Source of the DNA: an uncultured delta proteobacterium
Lineage (GTDB): Bacteria; Myxococcota_A; Polyangia; Fen-1088
Assembly: GCA_963767925.1 (NCBI GenBank)
Contig: CAVYGB010000002.1
Span: 1,664,001-1,728,000, forward strand
Direction: 5' to 3'
Length of the DNA stretch: 64,000 bases
Of this stretch, positions 9,359-20,316 are shown piece after piece; position 1 is the first letter of the stretch, and every line of letters begins with the position of its first letter. A program made the translations under genes and the position numbers. The notes under the pieces were generated by a model. It had not been told where the DNA came from. It made no database searches and saw only the letters and a list, made by a program, of their open reading frames with translations.

Positions 9359-10723
9359 CTAGGGAACCGGCTGCCCCGCCAGGTGGGCGGTCGCCTTGCT
9401 GCGGAACTGGGCCACGCCCGCCTCGGGCGTGAGCTTCTCTTCGAGGATGTCCTTGCTGATGGGGTTCAAGATGTTGTTGAGCAAGGGGGTCCAGGTGGGG
9501 GGATCGTTGGGGGGCAGCTTGGTGGCGTAGGCCCCGCCGCGCTCGATCATGTCGAACGAGTCGGCGGTGATCTTGTCGGAGACGGCCTTCAGCGCGGTCA
9601 GCACCTTGCTGTTGATGGGCACCCCCCGCTCACCCTTGAGGATCTTGTTGGCCTCGACGTCGTTGGTGAAAAACTCGATCAGCTTGGCCGCCTCGCGCGG
9701 GTGTTTGCTGGCGGTGGTCACCGAGAAGTACTGCGAGGGCTTCATGTAGATGGGCGATTTGCCGCCCTTGACCCGGGGGAGGGGCAACATCTTCAGGTTG
9801 CGCTGCACGTCTCCGTTGGCCTTGTTGGCCGCGGTCCAGAGGGCGACGAGCTGGTTGCTGAAGATGTGCTCCATACCAGCCTTCTTGCCGACCAGCAGCA
9901 GCGTGTCGGGGCTGGTGGCGGTGGCCTCCTGGGCCAGGGTGGGGACCGCGCCGGCCTGCTTCAGGCGGACCAGCATCTTGAAGTGCTCGATCCAGGGCTG
10001 GTCGTCGCTGTAGCCGAGCGCCTTGCCGTCCTCGCTGAACACCCACTTGTCGAGCGAGAGGTAGACCGCCTTCCAGCCGGGGGTGTAGCCCCACATGCCC
10101 GAGCCGACGCCGAAGATCCCTTCCTTGGTCTTGATCTCGAGGGCGATGCGCTCGAAGTCCTCCCAGGTCCACTCGTCGGTGGGGACGGCGATGTTGTGCT
10201 TCTGCAACAGGTCGACGTCGACGACCATGCTCTGGGTGTTGATGCCGAGCGAGATGGCCACCACCTTGCCCCCGACCTTGCCGCCGTCGACGAAGCTGGC
10301 GGGCACGTCGCCGAGCTTGACGGTGCCGTCGGCGATGAAGTCGTCGAGCGGGCGCAGCAGCTTGCGGCCGTTCCATTCGTCGATGTACGCGTAGTCCTGC
10401 TGCATGATGTCCGGCAGGGTGCCGTCGGTCGCGTATTTGTTGACCGTCGGCCAGTAGTCGGTCCCCGCGATCCCCATGCCCTGGGTGGTCATGTAGAACT
10501 CGGTCTCGACCTTGACGTTCGGGTTCTGGGCCTCGAACATCGCCACCACCTGGCGGGTGCGGTTGGCGCGCTCGGCGCCCCCCCACCAGGCCATCTTGAG
10601 CTGCACCGGGCCGGCGGTCGTGCCGCCGCCACCAGCCGGCCCGGGCGAATCGCTGGAACAGCCACCCGCCGCAGCAAGGAGAAGAACAACACCAACGTGG
10701 ACCAGTCTTAGCGTCTGCCTCAT
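9359..10723 (-). CDS. Carbohydrate ABC transporter substrate-binding lipoprotein (family 1 SBP)
   Basis: AGGC lipobox; WWGG..R, LPDIMQ, WTWEDF, SKHPREAAKLIEFF and RGVP motifs. Confidence 0.9.
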   Translation of the reverse strand: MRQTLRLVHVGVVLLLAAAGGCSSDSPGPAGGGGTTAGPVQLKMAWWGGAERANRTRQVVAMFEAQNPNVKVETEFYMTTQGMGIAGTDYWPTVNKYATDGTLPDIMQQDYAYIDEWNGRKLLRPLDDFIADGTVKLGDVPASFVDGGKVGGKVVAISLGINTQSMVVDVDLLQKHNIAVPTDEWTWEDFERIALEIKTKEGIFGVGSGMWGYTPGWKAVYLSLDKWVFSEDGKALGYSDDQPWIEHFKMLVRLKQAGAVPTLAQEATATSPDTLLLVGKKAGMEHIFSNQLVALWTAANKANGDVQRNLKMLPLPRVKGGKSPIYMKPSQYFSVTTASKHPREAAKLIEFFTNDVEANKILKGERGVPINSKVLTALKAVSDKITADSFDMIERGGAYATKLPPNDPPTWTPLLNNILNPISKDILEEKLTPEAGVAQFRSKATAHLAGQPVP

Positions 10724-10911
10724 GACGCGCGATTCTATAGAGGCAGGCCGCCTCCACGGCAAGCCTTGCTTTGCCGATCGCCGGTGCCGGGATCGGATCG
10801 GCGGGAACGTTTTTCCGTGCCGTCCGATGTCACCGGACCGTCACTGCCACTCGAGATCGAAGACCAGCAGCGCGCCGTGTGCACTTCTGCGCGCTCGATC
10901 CCTCCAGCGCC

Positions 10912-11784
10912 CTACTGCAGGGCCCAGTCGATCGCCGCGAGCAGCAGCCGCAGGCCATTGTCGTTGAGCTTCAGCGCGGCGTCGTTCGCTACGAAGCAGC
11001 CCACGCGCCGCGCGGCTGCCGTGCCCACCACCATGGCGGCGCCGCGCGGGTAGCCGAAGATGGCCACCCGATCGGGCAAGCCGGCCAGCGTGGCCACCCG
11101 CTCGGCGCCCGCCGGCGGGCTCCCCCAGCCCATGCTGGCCGCCTCGTTCACCACCGTCACCGTGCCGGTGAGGCCGGCGGCCATCGGGTGCCCCTGCATC
11201 TGGATGGTGAGCTGGGTGGCGGTGGTGACCCCGTGGTCGACCCAGTTGGAGTCGCCGGTCATGCCCATCTCGGAGAAGGCGGCCCGCTCGAGCGTCACCA
11301 CCGGCACCGCCACGGTCCGGTACCGGTCGGACAGGACCACCGAGACCGCGCTCTCCGACAGCACGACCAGATCCACCCCCGCGAGGGCGACGGCGTCCTC
11401 GTCGCTGGCCAGCCGCACGGTGAAGCCGTAGACGGCGAGCATCGCCTGCAGCCGCGCATCCCCCGGCTCGGGAAAATCGCTGTCGCCCACCACCAGCAAG
11501 ACGTCGCGGGCGACCGCCTGATCGGGCGCGGCGTCGACATCGTCGGCCAGCACGTCCTCTTCGCCGCGGGCGTCCGCCGGCGTCGCATCCGCACCGGCGT
11601 CGCGCAGCGCCTGGTCGCCAGGCGGTCGATCGGCCTGGGCGGCGGTGTCTTCACCGAGGCGGACGTCCGTCGGCGAGGCGTCGGCTCCTGCGTCCACCGT
11701 CAGCACGGCCCGATCGACCGGCTGCGGAGCGCAGGCCACCACCAGCACCACCATCCCCAGGGCCCGACGAAGCGATCGCAACAT
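10912..11784 (-). CDS. Hypothetical lipoprotein with Asp/Ala-rich linker and C-terminal alpha/beta domain
   Basis: VVAC lipobox, low-complexity DAG linker, HPMAAGL motif, C-terminal AAIDWA. Confidence 0.7.
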   Translation of the reverse strand: MLRSLRRALGMVVLVVACAPQPVDRAVLTVDAGADASPTDVRLGEDTAAQADRPPGDQALRDAGADATPADARGEEDVLADDVDAAPDQAVARDVLLVVGDSDFPEPGDARLQAMLAVYGFTVRLASDEDAVALAGVDLVVLSESAVSVVLSDRYRTVAVPVVTLERAAFSEMGMTGDSNWVDHGVTTATQLTIQMQGHPMAAGLTGTVTVVNEAASMGWGSPPAGAERVATLAGLPDRVAIFGYPRGAAMVVGTAAARRVGCFVANDAALKLNDNGLRLLLAAIDWALQ

Positions 11785-11839
11785 CCAAGTATGGTCGGCG
11801 CCACTGGACTTGCTCGCAGATAGCGGTCAAGTATCGCCT

Positions 11840-13504
11840 GTGGGTTCCGGGACCACAGGTGGCAGCGACGGCGGCGAACGCCGAATCGGCGCGCCCTCCG
11901 AGGGGCCCCCGCGGGCCGGCGGCGCCGCCGCGCTGGTGGTGGCGGCGGGGATCTTCCTCTCGCGCATCGCCGGCTTTCTCCGCAGCCGCGCCCTGGCCCA
12001 CTACCTCGGCGCCTCCGACGCGGCCGACGCCTTCACCGTCGCCCTGCGCATCCCCAACCTGCTGCAGAACCTGTTCGGCGAGGGGGTGCTCTCGGCGTCG
12101 TTCATCCCGGTCTACGCTCGCCTCGAGGCCGAGGGTCGCCACGAGGAGGCCCGCAAGGTGGCGGGTGCCGTGCTCTCCCTGCTCTTTCTCACCGTCTCGC
12201 TGATCGTGCTGGGCGGCATCCTGGCCGCGCCCGTGCTGGTGGACATCTTCGCCGCCGGCTACAGCGGCGCGAAACGCGACCTCCTGGTCCGCCTCGTGCG
12301 CACGGTGTTCCCCGGCACCGGGCTCCTGGTGCTGTCGGCCTGGTGCCTGGGCGTGCTCAACAGCCACCGCCGCTTCTTCCTCTCGTACGCCGCGCCGGTG
12401 CTCTGGAACCTGGCCATCATCGGGGCCCTGGTCCTCGAGGGGCGACACACGCGCGCCCAGTACCCGCTGGCCATCGCCGCCGCGGTGGGCGCGGTGGCGG
12501 GCAGCGCCCTGCAGCTCCTGCTGCAGCTCCCGGCCGCCCTGCTGCTGCTGCGCGGGCTGCGGCTCGGCCTGGGGCGGGGCTCGGCCGAGGTCCGCCAGGT
12601 GGGCAAGAGCTTCGGGCCGGTGGTGCTGGGGCGGGGCGTGGTCCAGATCTCCAGCTACGTCGATTCGTTCGTCGCCACCTTCCTGCAGACCGGGGCGATG
12701 TCCGGGCTGGGCTACGCGGCGATGCTGTACCAGCTCCCGATCAGCCTGTTCGGGATGGCCGTCTCCGCCGCCGAGCTGCCCGAGATGGCGCGCGCCACCG
12801 GCGACCCGCAGGCGGTGGCCGCGCGCCTCGAGGAGCGGCTGGGCCACGGCCTGCGCCGCATGGCCTACTTCGTGATCCCCACCGCCCTCCTCTTCGTGGT
12901 CCTGGGCGACGTCGTGGTCGGCCTCGTCTACCGCACGGGGGCCTTCGGCGCCGAGGAGGAGCGCTACGTGTGGGCCATCCTGGCCGCCTTCTCGCTGGGC
13001 CTGCCCGCCGCCACCCAGGCCCGCCTCTACTCGTCGGCCTTCTACGCCCTCCTCGACACGACGACGCCCTTCCGCATCGCCCTGGTGCGGGTGGCGATCG
13101 GCATCGCCCTCGGCGTGGGGCTGGCCCTCGGGCTGCCGCCGCTGCTGCGGATGGATCTGCACTGGGGGGTGGTCGGCCTGGCCCTCGGCGGCGCGGTGGC
13201 CGCCTGGCTGGAGATGGGCCTGCTGCGCCACGCCCTGGGCGTCCGCATCGGCGTTGCCATCGGCCTGCCGGCGCGCTTCATCGTCACGGTCGGACTGGCC
13301 TCCGCCCTCGCCGCCGCCGCCGCCTGGGGCGCCCGCCTCGCCGTCACCCCCGTCATCGCGGCGCTGGGCCTGCCCCTGCACCCGCTGCGCGAGGCCGCCG
13401 TCCTGGCCGTCTTCGGCGTCCTCTACCTGCTCTTCACCCTCCTCTTCGGCGTCGAGGAGGCCCGCGCCGTCACCGCTCGCCTCGGCCGCCGCCTGCGGCG
13501 CTGA
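11840..13504 (+). CDS. murJ: Lipid II flippase MurJ (MviN)
   Basis: SRIAGFLR, ADAF..ALRIPN, FGEGVLSASFIPVY and LYQLPISLFG motifs; many TM helices; start (GTG 11840) uncertain. Confidence 0.93.
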   Translation: MGSGTTGGSDGGERRIGAPSEGPPRAGGAAALVVAAGIFLSRIAGFLRSRALAHYLGASDAADAFTVALRIPNLLQNLFGEGVLSASFIPVYARLEAEGRHEEARKVAGAVLSLLFLTVSLIVLGGILAAPVLVDIFAAGYSGAKRDLLVRLVRTVFPGTGLLVLSAWCLGVLNSHRRFFLSYAAPVLWNLAIIGALVLEGRHTRAQYPLAIAAAVGAVAGSALQLLLQLPAALLLLRGLRLGLGRGSAEVRQVGKSFGPVVLGRGVVQISSYVDSFVATFLQTGAMSGLGYAAMLYQLPISLFGMAVSAAELPEMARATGDPQAVAARLEERLGHGLRRMAYFVIPTALLFVVLGDVVVGLVYRTGAFGAEEERYVWAILAAFSLGLPAATQARLYSSAFYALLDTTTPFRIALVRVAIGIALGVGLALGLPPLLRMDLHWGVVGLALGGAVAAWLEMGLLRHALGVRIGVAIGLPARFIVTVGLASALAAAAAWGARLAVTPVIAALGLPLHPLREAAVLAVFGVLYLLFTLLFGVEEARAVTARLGRRLRR

Positions 13505-13517
13505 CCCCCGCGCCCGC

Positions 13518-14756
13518 TCAGGGCAGGACGAGCTGCACCCGGTGGGCCCCGAGCTGCCCGCCGAAGTGGCGGCTCAGCAGCTCGTCGTAGCGGGCGTCGC
13601 CGTAGGCCCGGCGGGCCCGGCGGAGCACGGGGATCAGGGTGGGATTGTCGCGCGGCCCGAGCTGCGGGTAGGGCCAGGTGGCGGCCGGGTCCAGGTAGGG
13701 CAGCAGGTAGTCGAGCGCCGGGCGGAGCCCCCGCCCGTCCGGGCTGCGGTAGCGGTAGAGGTCAGCGCCGAGGTTGGCCTGGGCCGACATGGCGGCCAGC
13801 GAGAACAGGGCCGCCAGGTTGAAGCCGCTGTAGTGAAACGATCGCGTGCGCTCCAGCTCGCGCGGCTGCCGGCCGTCCGGCTGGATCTGGGCGGCGATGC
13901 GGGTCGCGCGCGCGCTGGCCGCCACCGCCCGGGCCAGCGCCGGTCGTCCGGCGAACAGGGCGAAGCGGCAGACCTGGGCGTCGTACCAGGAGCCGTGGTT
14001 GTTGCTGGCGGCCTTCTCCCCCTTGCCGATCGCGCTGTCCGCCAGCCAGTCGAGGTAATAGGCGAACCAGGCCCGCAGCGCCCGGTCGTCCTTCGCCGTC
14101 CAGGCCGGGGAGCGGGCCAGCAGCTCGACCCCCTCGAGCATGTTTACCAGGTCGACCGTGTCGATCACGCCGGCCGGACGCCCGGCCGTCACCCCCGGGA
14201 TGGCCTGCGCGAAGTTCAGGTTGGGGTTCATGCGGGTCGCGGGGTCGATGAACCAGACCCGCAGCAGCTTGACCGCGTGCTCGGCGTAGCGGGCGTCGTC
14301 GGTGAAGAAGAAGGCCAGCCCCAGCGTCTCGACGGCGGCGGCCATCGCCGACTCGGCGGCGTTGTCGGTCTCGCCCGAGTTGCGGGCGGGGTTGCGCTGC
14401 CCGTCCTTGCGCAGGTAGGGCAGGCCGCCCGGCTTGCTCGGGTCGGGCCACCAGTAGGGCCCCACGCTCATGTAGTCGTGCTTGTCGCCGCTCGGGGGCA
14501 CGAGCTTCTTGTCCATCACCGAAAACGGCCCCGCCCGCAGCGCCTCGTCCGCCTCTTGCCGCAGCCGGGCCAGCGCGGGGGCCAGCCGCGCCTCGCCGCG
14601 CGCCAGCTCCCCCTTGACCCGGGTCATGTGGGCGAGGTCCCAGAGCACGGGGCCCTTGCCCATTGCCTCCGCCTCGGAGCGGCGACAGCCGGTCGCCGCC
14701 GCCAGGGCGCCGAGGGCCAGGAAAAACGCCAGCGGCCTGGGTCGGTCGTGCAGCAT
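13518..14756 (-). CDS. Alginate lyase family polysaccharide lyase, lipoprotein
   Basis: PPSGDKHDYMS..PYWWPDP, DGQRNP, TRMNPNLNFAQ, NNHGSW and ELERTRSFHYS motifs; ATGC lipobox. Confidence 0.9.
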   Translation of the reverse strand: MLHDRPRPLAFFLALGALAAATGCRRSEAEAMGKGPVLWDLAHMTRVKGELARGEARLAPALARLRQEADEALRAGPFSVMDKKLVPPSGDKHDYMSVGPYWWPDPSKPGGLPYLRKDGQRNPARNSGETDNAAESAMAAAVETLGLAFFFTDDARYAEHAVKLLRVWFIDPATRMNPNLNFAQAIPGVTAGRPAGVIDTVDLVNMLEGVELLARSPAWTAKDDRALRAWFAYYLDWLADSAIGKGEKAASNNHGSWYDAQVCRFALFAGRPALARAVAASARATRIAAQIQPDGRQPRELERTRSFHYSGFNLAALFSLAAMSAQANLGADLYRYRSPDGRGLRPALDYLLPYLDPAATWPYPQLGPRDNPTLIPVLRRARRAYGDARYDELLSRHFGGQLGAHRVQLVLP

Positions 14757-14801
14757 CGGCCTTCTCCCCCGGGTTGTCTCCGGGCGACCCGGAGGGTTGG
14801 G

Positions 14802-16068
14802 CTATTCGTAGCGGAGGGCGTAGATCGGGTCGACCCGCGAGGCGCGGACGGCAGGATACAGCCCGGAGATGATTCCTACCGCCATCGACACCCCGATGGC
14901 CAGCACCAGGGAGGCGGCCGTGACGACGGTGGGCCACTTGGCGTAATAGGCCACCGCCTGGGCGATGCCGATGCCGATGCCCACGCCGGTCAGCCCTCCC
15001 AGCGCGCTGATGGAGAACGACTCGACCAGGAACTGGGTCACGATGTCGGTGCGCCGGGCGCCGATGGCCCGCCGCACGCCGATCTCCCGGGTCCGCTCCA
15101 GCACCGAGGCCAGCATGATGTTCATGATGCCGATGCCCCCCACCAGCAGCGAGATGCCGGCGATGGCCCCCATGACGATGTTGAACAGTCGCTGCGTCTG
15201 CCGGCTCTGGGCCAGCAGCGCCTCCGGCACGACGATCTCGTAGTCGTCGACGCCGCCGTGGATGCCGTCGAGCAGGGTCTTGATGACCGCGGCCGACTCG
15301 CGCGGCGACACGTCCGGCGCCAGCCGCACCAGGATCTCGTCGAGCGGCGAGGCTAAAAGCTCGTGCTCCAGCTTTCGCTGCAGCGTCGTCACCGGCAAGA
15401 AGATCTCCCGGGTCGTGCTGCCCGTGTTGATGGCCCCCGCCGCCCCTCCGGTCCCCGAGGGCGAGGCGCCCCCGCCCGGCACCGACGGCCGCTGCGCGAT
15501 GACGCCGATCACCTGGCACCACAGGTCGTTGACCTTGAGGTGTTGCCCCAGGGCCGGGCCGAAGGCGAACAGATCCCGCCGCACGGCCGCCGCGATCACG
15601 CACACCTGGGCGTGATCCCGCTCGTCGAGGGCGTCGAAGAAGCGCCCCTCGGCCAGCGGCATCGCCACGATGTCCCGGTGCCGGCTCGACACACCGTAGA
15701 CGGTGGCCTCGCTGCGCGACTCGCCGGCCTGCACGCGCCAGGGCTCGATCTTCAGGCGGGGCCCCACCAGCTCCACCCCCGGCACCGCCTCCTTGATGGC
15801 GTCGGCGTCGCGCAGCGAGACGCCGAGCGACTTCTTGCGCGCCTCCCGCATCTCGTCGTAACGCAGGGTCCGCGCTCGCACCAGCACGTTGCGCATGCCG
15901 AGCTGATCGATCATGGCCTGCGCCTGGCGGGCGGCCCCCGCCCCGATCGACAGCATCGAGATGACGGCCCCCACCCCGAACATGATGCCCAGCATGGTCA
16001 GCCCGGCCCGCAGCTTGTGCGAGCCGACGCCCGCCCAGCGCCGAGCGGAATGCCTCCCAGAGGTTCAC
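14802..16068 (-). CDS. MacB/FtsX-like ABC permease (one apparent indel near the 5' end)
   Basis: KLRAGLTMLGIMFGVGAVI, ISLLVGGIGIMNIMLASVLERTREIG and DPIYALRYE; GTG start overlaps the upstream stop; frameshift at about 16030-16040. Confidence 0.9.
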
Positions 16069-17383
16069 AGGCCGGGCCCTCGCCGCGAGCGCTCCGCGGG
16101 GGCCGCGCCGCCGGCGCCCCCGGCCCGGCCGGCGGTGGCCGGCGCCGACAGCTCGTCGGCCGAACGCCTGGGATCGCGCAGGGCGATCCGGTCGCCGGAG
16201 GCCAGGCCCTTCAGGACGACCATCCGTCCCACCGTGCCGGGGCCCAGGGTCACGGGCACCACCTCGAAGTCGTTGCCCCAGCGCGTGCGCCGGTAGACGA
16301 AGCTGCCGCTCTCGTTGCGGAAGATGGCCTGGCGGGGGATGACCAGCGCCTGAGGGAGCTCGTCGAGCACGATGGTCGCCTTGCAGCCGCTGGCCCGGCT
16401 TGACCCCCGCCGTGTTCCCCTCGATCGCCAGCAGCGCGCCGAAGTACTGGGTGGGGACCTCCGGGTGCTTGGACTTCGGGAAGGGATCCACCTTCTTCAC
16501 CTTCGCCTTCCAGAGCACGTCGGGCCGAGCGTCGAGCACCACCTGGGCGCGCTTGCCGGTCACCAGGCCGCCGGCGTCCGCCTCCAGCACCGCCACCTCC
16601 GCGTCCATCCGGTCGTTCGTCGCCACCTCGCCGACCCGCATGCTGGAGAAGGCCCGGTCACCCGCCTGCAACACCCGCTGGCCCCAGCCCCAGCGCTGGA
16701 TGACGAAGGTGCCGTCGTGGGGCGCCCGCACCTCGAGCGAATCCAGCGTCTCGGCCGCGCGCCGGGCCTCCCGCTCGGCCTTCTCCCGGTCGACCGCCAG
16801 CAGGGCCACCCGGCTCCCGCCGAGCTGCTTCTCCACCGAGCTGGCCCGCTCGGTCTGGTCGAGGCGGGCCTTCAGCAGCCCCTCGTCGATCTCCGACTCG
16901 ATCACCTCGTTGCGGGGGAAGAACCGGGGGTCCTTCTTGCCCAGCTCACGCGGCCTGGCGCATCTCCTCCTGGGTCAGGGAGGCGGCCCGGGTCCGCTCG
17001 CTCAGCGCGTGGCGCACCTGCAGCTTCTCCCGGTCGATGCGGCTCAGGGCGGCCTCCCTGTCGGCCTGCCCGTCGGCCAGCGCGCGGGTGGCCTCCTCGC
17101 TGTCGAAGCGGATGACCACGTCGCCCTTCTTGACCTGGGCGCCGTCCTCGGCCAGCCAGGCGATCAGCAGGGCCCGCCCCCGGTTCGGCGCGGTCAGCGG
17201 CGTGGCTCGCACCGGGCGCAGGTACCCCTCGGCGATCACCATCCGGGTGAAGGGGGCGCTCTTCATCTCGACGACGGGGACCCGGGCGCTGCCCGTCCCC
17301 ATGCGCGAGAAGGCCGCCCGGGCCAGCAGGGCGCCGCCCGCCGCCACCACGACAACCGCGCCGGCGATCCAGGAGCGCCTCAT
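16065..17383 (-). CDS. Periplasmic adaptor (HlyD/MFP) 3, apparent indels
   Basis: Pieces 17383-16946, 16905-16385 and 16370-16065 give EDGAQVKKGDVV, coiled coil, VRAPHDG and ALVIPRQAIF; ATGA overlap with the upstream gene. Confidence 0.85.
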
Positions 17384-18619
17384 GGCGGCGACTCCTCCAG
17401 ATCGCGGCGGGCCACCCGGTCGCCCGGGGCGAGCCCGCTCTTGATCTCGACCTGGGTGCGCGAGCGGCGCCCACCTTGACCGCCACCTTCTCGAACCCGC
17501 TGCCCGTCGCGCCGGAAGACCACCGGTCCCTCGGCCCGCCCGAAGATGGCCTCGACCGGGGCCAGCACCGCGCCCTGCAGGCGGCCGGTCTCGAGCCGGC
17601 CGCGAAACTGCATCCCCGGGCGCATGCGCGAGGGGTCGGTCCGGTCGAGGGCGATCGACAGCCCGACCACCTTGAGCGGGTTGCGCGGCGACTGCCGGTA
17701 GACGTTGGGGCGCAGGCTGATCACCTTGCCCACCCACTCCTGCTCGGGCAGGGCCTCGAGCCGCAGCCGCACCGTCTGGCCGACCTTCACCTTGGCCGAC
17801 TCCATCTCGTCGACCTCGCCGTGGGCCATCATCTCGCTCGTGTCGGTGACCTCCAGGCAGGGCTCGCCGACCTCAGCAGTCGTCGCCGACCTTCTTCTTT
17901 TCCCCCCGCCAGTTGGTCTGGTACACGACCACCCCGTCGATGGGCGCCGCCACCGTCGAGCTTGTCGATCAGCTCCTGCAGGCGGGCCGCCCGCCCGGCG
18001 AAGCGGGCGTAGCGGTCGCGCAGGTAGGCCAGCTCGGCCTTGCCCAGCCGCAGGCTGTGCTCGAGCCGCTGGTGGGCCATCTTCAGCTCGGCCTCGGCGG
18101 CGCCCAGATCGATCTGGGCCAGCTTCACCTCGATCGCCGCGGTGTACTTGCGCGGGCAGGTCGGCCTTCAGCGCTGCCTTGCGGGTGAGGGCCTCCGCCT
18201 CGGTCACCCGCATCTCCCCCTCCCGGCGGGCCAGCTCGATCTCGTGCAGCTTGCGCTCGATCTCCCGGGCGGCGCTGTCGCGCTCGGCGACCCGCCCCAG
18301 CAGCTCGCGTCTCCAGCTCGCCGCTGTCGAAGAACATGACCTTGGTCCCCTGCTTGACGTGGGTCCCCTCGGTGGCCATGCGCGCGATCTTGAAGTCGTC
18401 CTCTTCCAGCCCCGAGGGGGGCCCCACCGGGGCCGAGCGGGTGGCCACCAGGGTGCCGACGACGTCGACGTCGATCGCCAGGTCCCCCTCGAGCACGGGG
18501 CTCCACATTTCATCGCCGAGCGCCGACTCGACGCCGCAGCCGGCGAGCGCCAGGGGGCCGAAAGCGGCGAAGACGGCGAGCGCGGCGTGGGCCCGCCCCG
18601 GGAGCGGCCGCCCGATCAC
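17380..18619 (-). CDS. Periplasmic adaptor (HlyD/MFP) 2, lipoprotein, apparent indels
   Basis: LALAGC lipobox, EGTHVKQG, coiled coil, VDEMESAKVKVGQ, MRPGM and GLAPGDRV spread across frames; GTGA overlap. Confidence 0.85.
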
Positions 18620-19846
18620 GGCAGCGCCCTTCGCAAGGAGGTGCCGGGGGCCACCCCGCTCGGCACCACGCACTCCTGACCGTTGCAGCCGGCCAGGGTG
18701 ACGTCCTGGCTGTCGCCGCTCGCGAGCAGCAGCCGCGGGGGCCTCCCCCGACAGGTCGAGCGCCGCCCGCGGCACCAGCACGACGTCCGGCTTGCTGTCG
18801 ACGAGCACCTCGATGCGCGCCGAGAGGCCGGGGCGCAGGATGTCCGAGTCCGCCGCCGGTCAGCTCGACGCCGACCGTGAAGACCCGCCGCTGCGCCCTG
18901 CTGGCGGCCCTGCCCCTGGGTCTGGGCCACCGGGGAGATGTCGCGCACGAACGCCGGGGAAGGTGCGGCCCGGGTAGGCGTCGAGGGTCACCACCGCCGG
19001 CATGCCGGAGGCGATCTTGCCGTCGTCGACGTCGGCCAGCCAGGCCCGCACCCGGCGCGAGCGGGCGCTCGCCACCTTCGCCACCACCATCCCCATGAAC
19101 AGCTCGTCCCCCTCCTGCACCTTGCGCCGCTCCTCCTGGTGGTCGCCGAGCAGCACGGTGCCCGGCTCGGGCGTCGTCAGGGTCAAGGTGGCGATGGCGT
19201 CGTCAGCCGCCTTGACCGCCCGGCGCAGCTTCTCGAGGGCGATGCGCTTGAGCTTCACGTCGGTGGCGGCGGTGGTCTTCTGGGCCTCGAGGGCGGCCTC
19301 GCCCCGCTCGACGTCCACCTTCGCCCGCCGCACCACCATCTGCTTCTCGAGGAAGTCGCGCTTGGGCAAGATCCCCTCGGGCACGTCGGCGTCGACCTCG
19401 GCCCGCTGCAGGGCGGCCTTCTTGCGCTCGAGGTCGAGCGCCTTGTCTGCCTCGAGCACCCCGTTTTGCGAGAGCTGCCGCTCGAGGTCGATCTCGGCCT
19501 GCGAGAGCTGCAGGGTGAGGTCCTTGATCTGCTGGACGAAGGAGGCGCTGTCGAGCCGCGCCACCACCTCGTTGGCCTTCACCTCCACCCCCTCGGGCAC
19601 CAGCTTGCGCAGGGCCACCCGACCGGTGGGGACCCGCGGCACCTTCAGCTCGACCGCCGCGACGGCGTCCACCTCGCCGGTCAGCGGCAGGTGTCGGGTG
19701 AAGGCCCCCTTGCGCGCGCTCAGCCCGTCGGCCGAGGCCCGCTCGGACGGCTTGCCGGAGAGGGAACGTTTGCCGCCGGCGCAGGCAGAAGCGGCCGCGG
19801 AGGCGGCCAGCAGGAACACGAAGATTTTCGAAGTGGGAGACGGCAT
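18616..19846 (-). CDS. Periplasmic adaptor (HlyD/MFP) 1, apparent indels in the 3' part
   Basis: PEGVEVKANEVVARLD, coiled coil, LDAYPGRTF, LRPGLSARIEV and VLVPRAAL. Confidence 0.85.
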
Positions 19847-20091
19847 GACGAACGACCTGGGCCCCGTCGAGGTTGTGGCTCGGCGCCGGCGCAGGCCTTC
19901 TGTGGACTGCTACCCCTCACCGGCGGACAACGTTGACGTCACCCCCCGGGCCATTCCGTCAAACCCGTGTAAAATCAAACATTAAGACATCACCTGGAAA
20001 CCTTCCCGGCTCCCCAAGGTGTGCCCATTGCGTACGTCACCGCCCCCCGGCCACTGGACAGCGCGCGCACAGAGCAGCGAGCCCCCCGGAG

Positions 20092-20285
20092 CCCCTCACC
20101 CCCACCCTCTCCGTGCGGCCGCGGAGGGCGAACAGGCAACGGGGAACCTGCTTGCCTCCTCCAGGCAACCGGGAGAGAGGATCCCTGATCCAACCTGGCT
20201 CCGGCGCGCCCGGGAACCGATCGACGACTCGACATCACCCGTTCGCCCTCGCCCCGCGAAGCGGGGAGAGGGTTGGGGTGAGGGG
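20092..20285. repeat. Inverted REP doublet A (arms 20092-20133 and 20241-20285, 107-bp spacer)
   Basis: CCCCTCACCCCCACCCTCTCCG...GGAGGGCGAAC facing GTTCGCCCTCGCCCCGCGAAGCGGGGAGAGGGTTGGGGTGAGGGG. Confidence 0.85.
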
Positions 20286-20316
20286 TCTGCGCCCACACCC
20301 GCCGGCCAGCCAAGGA

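Noticed and set aside
13762..16905. 1047-aa ORF and other long Arg/Pro/Gly-rich alternative-frame or antisense ORFs
   Set aside because: Shadow ORFs expected at very high GC; only short stretches are real coding pieces of frameshifted genes.
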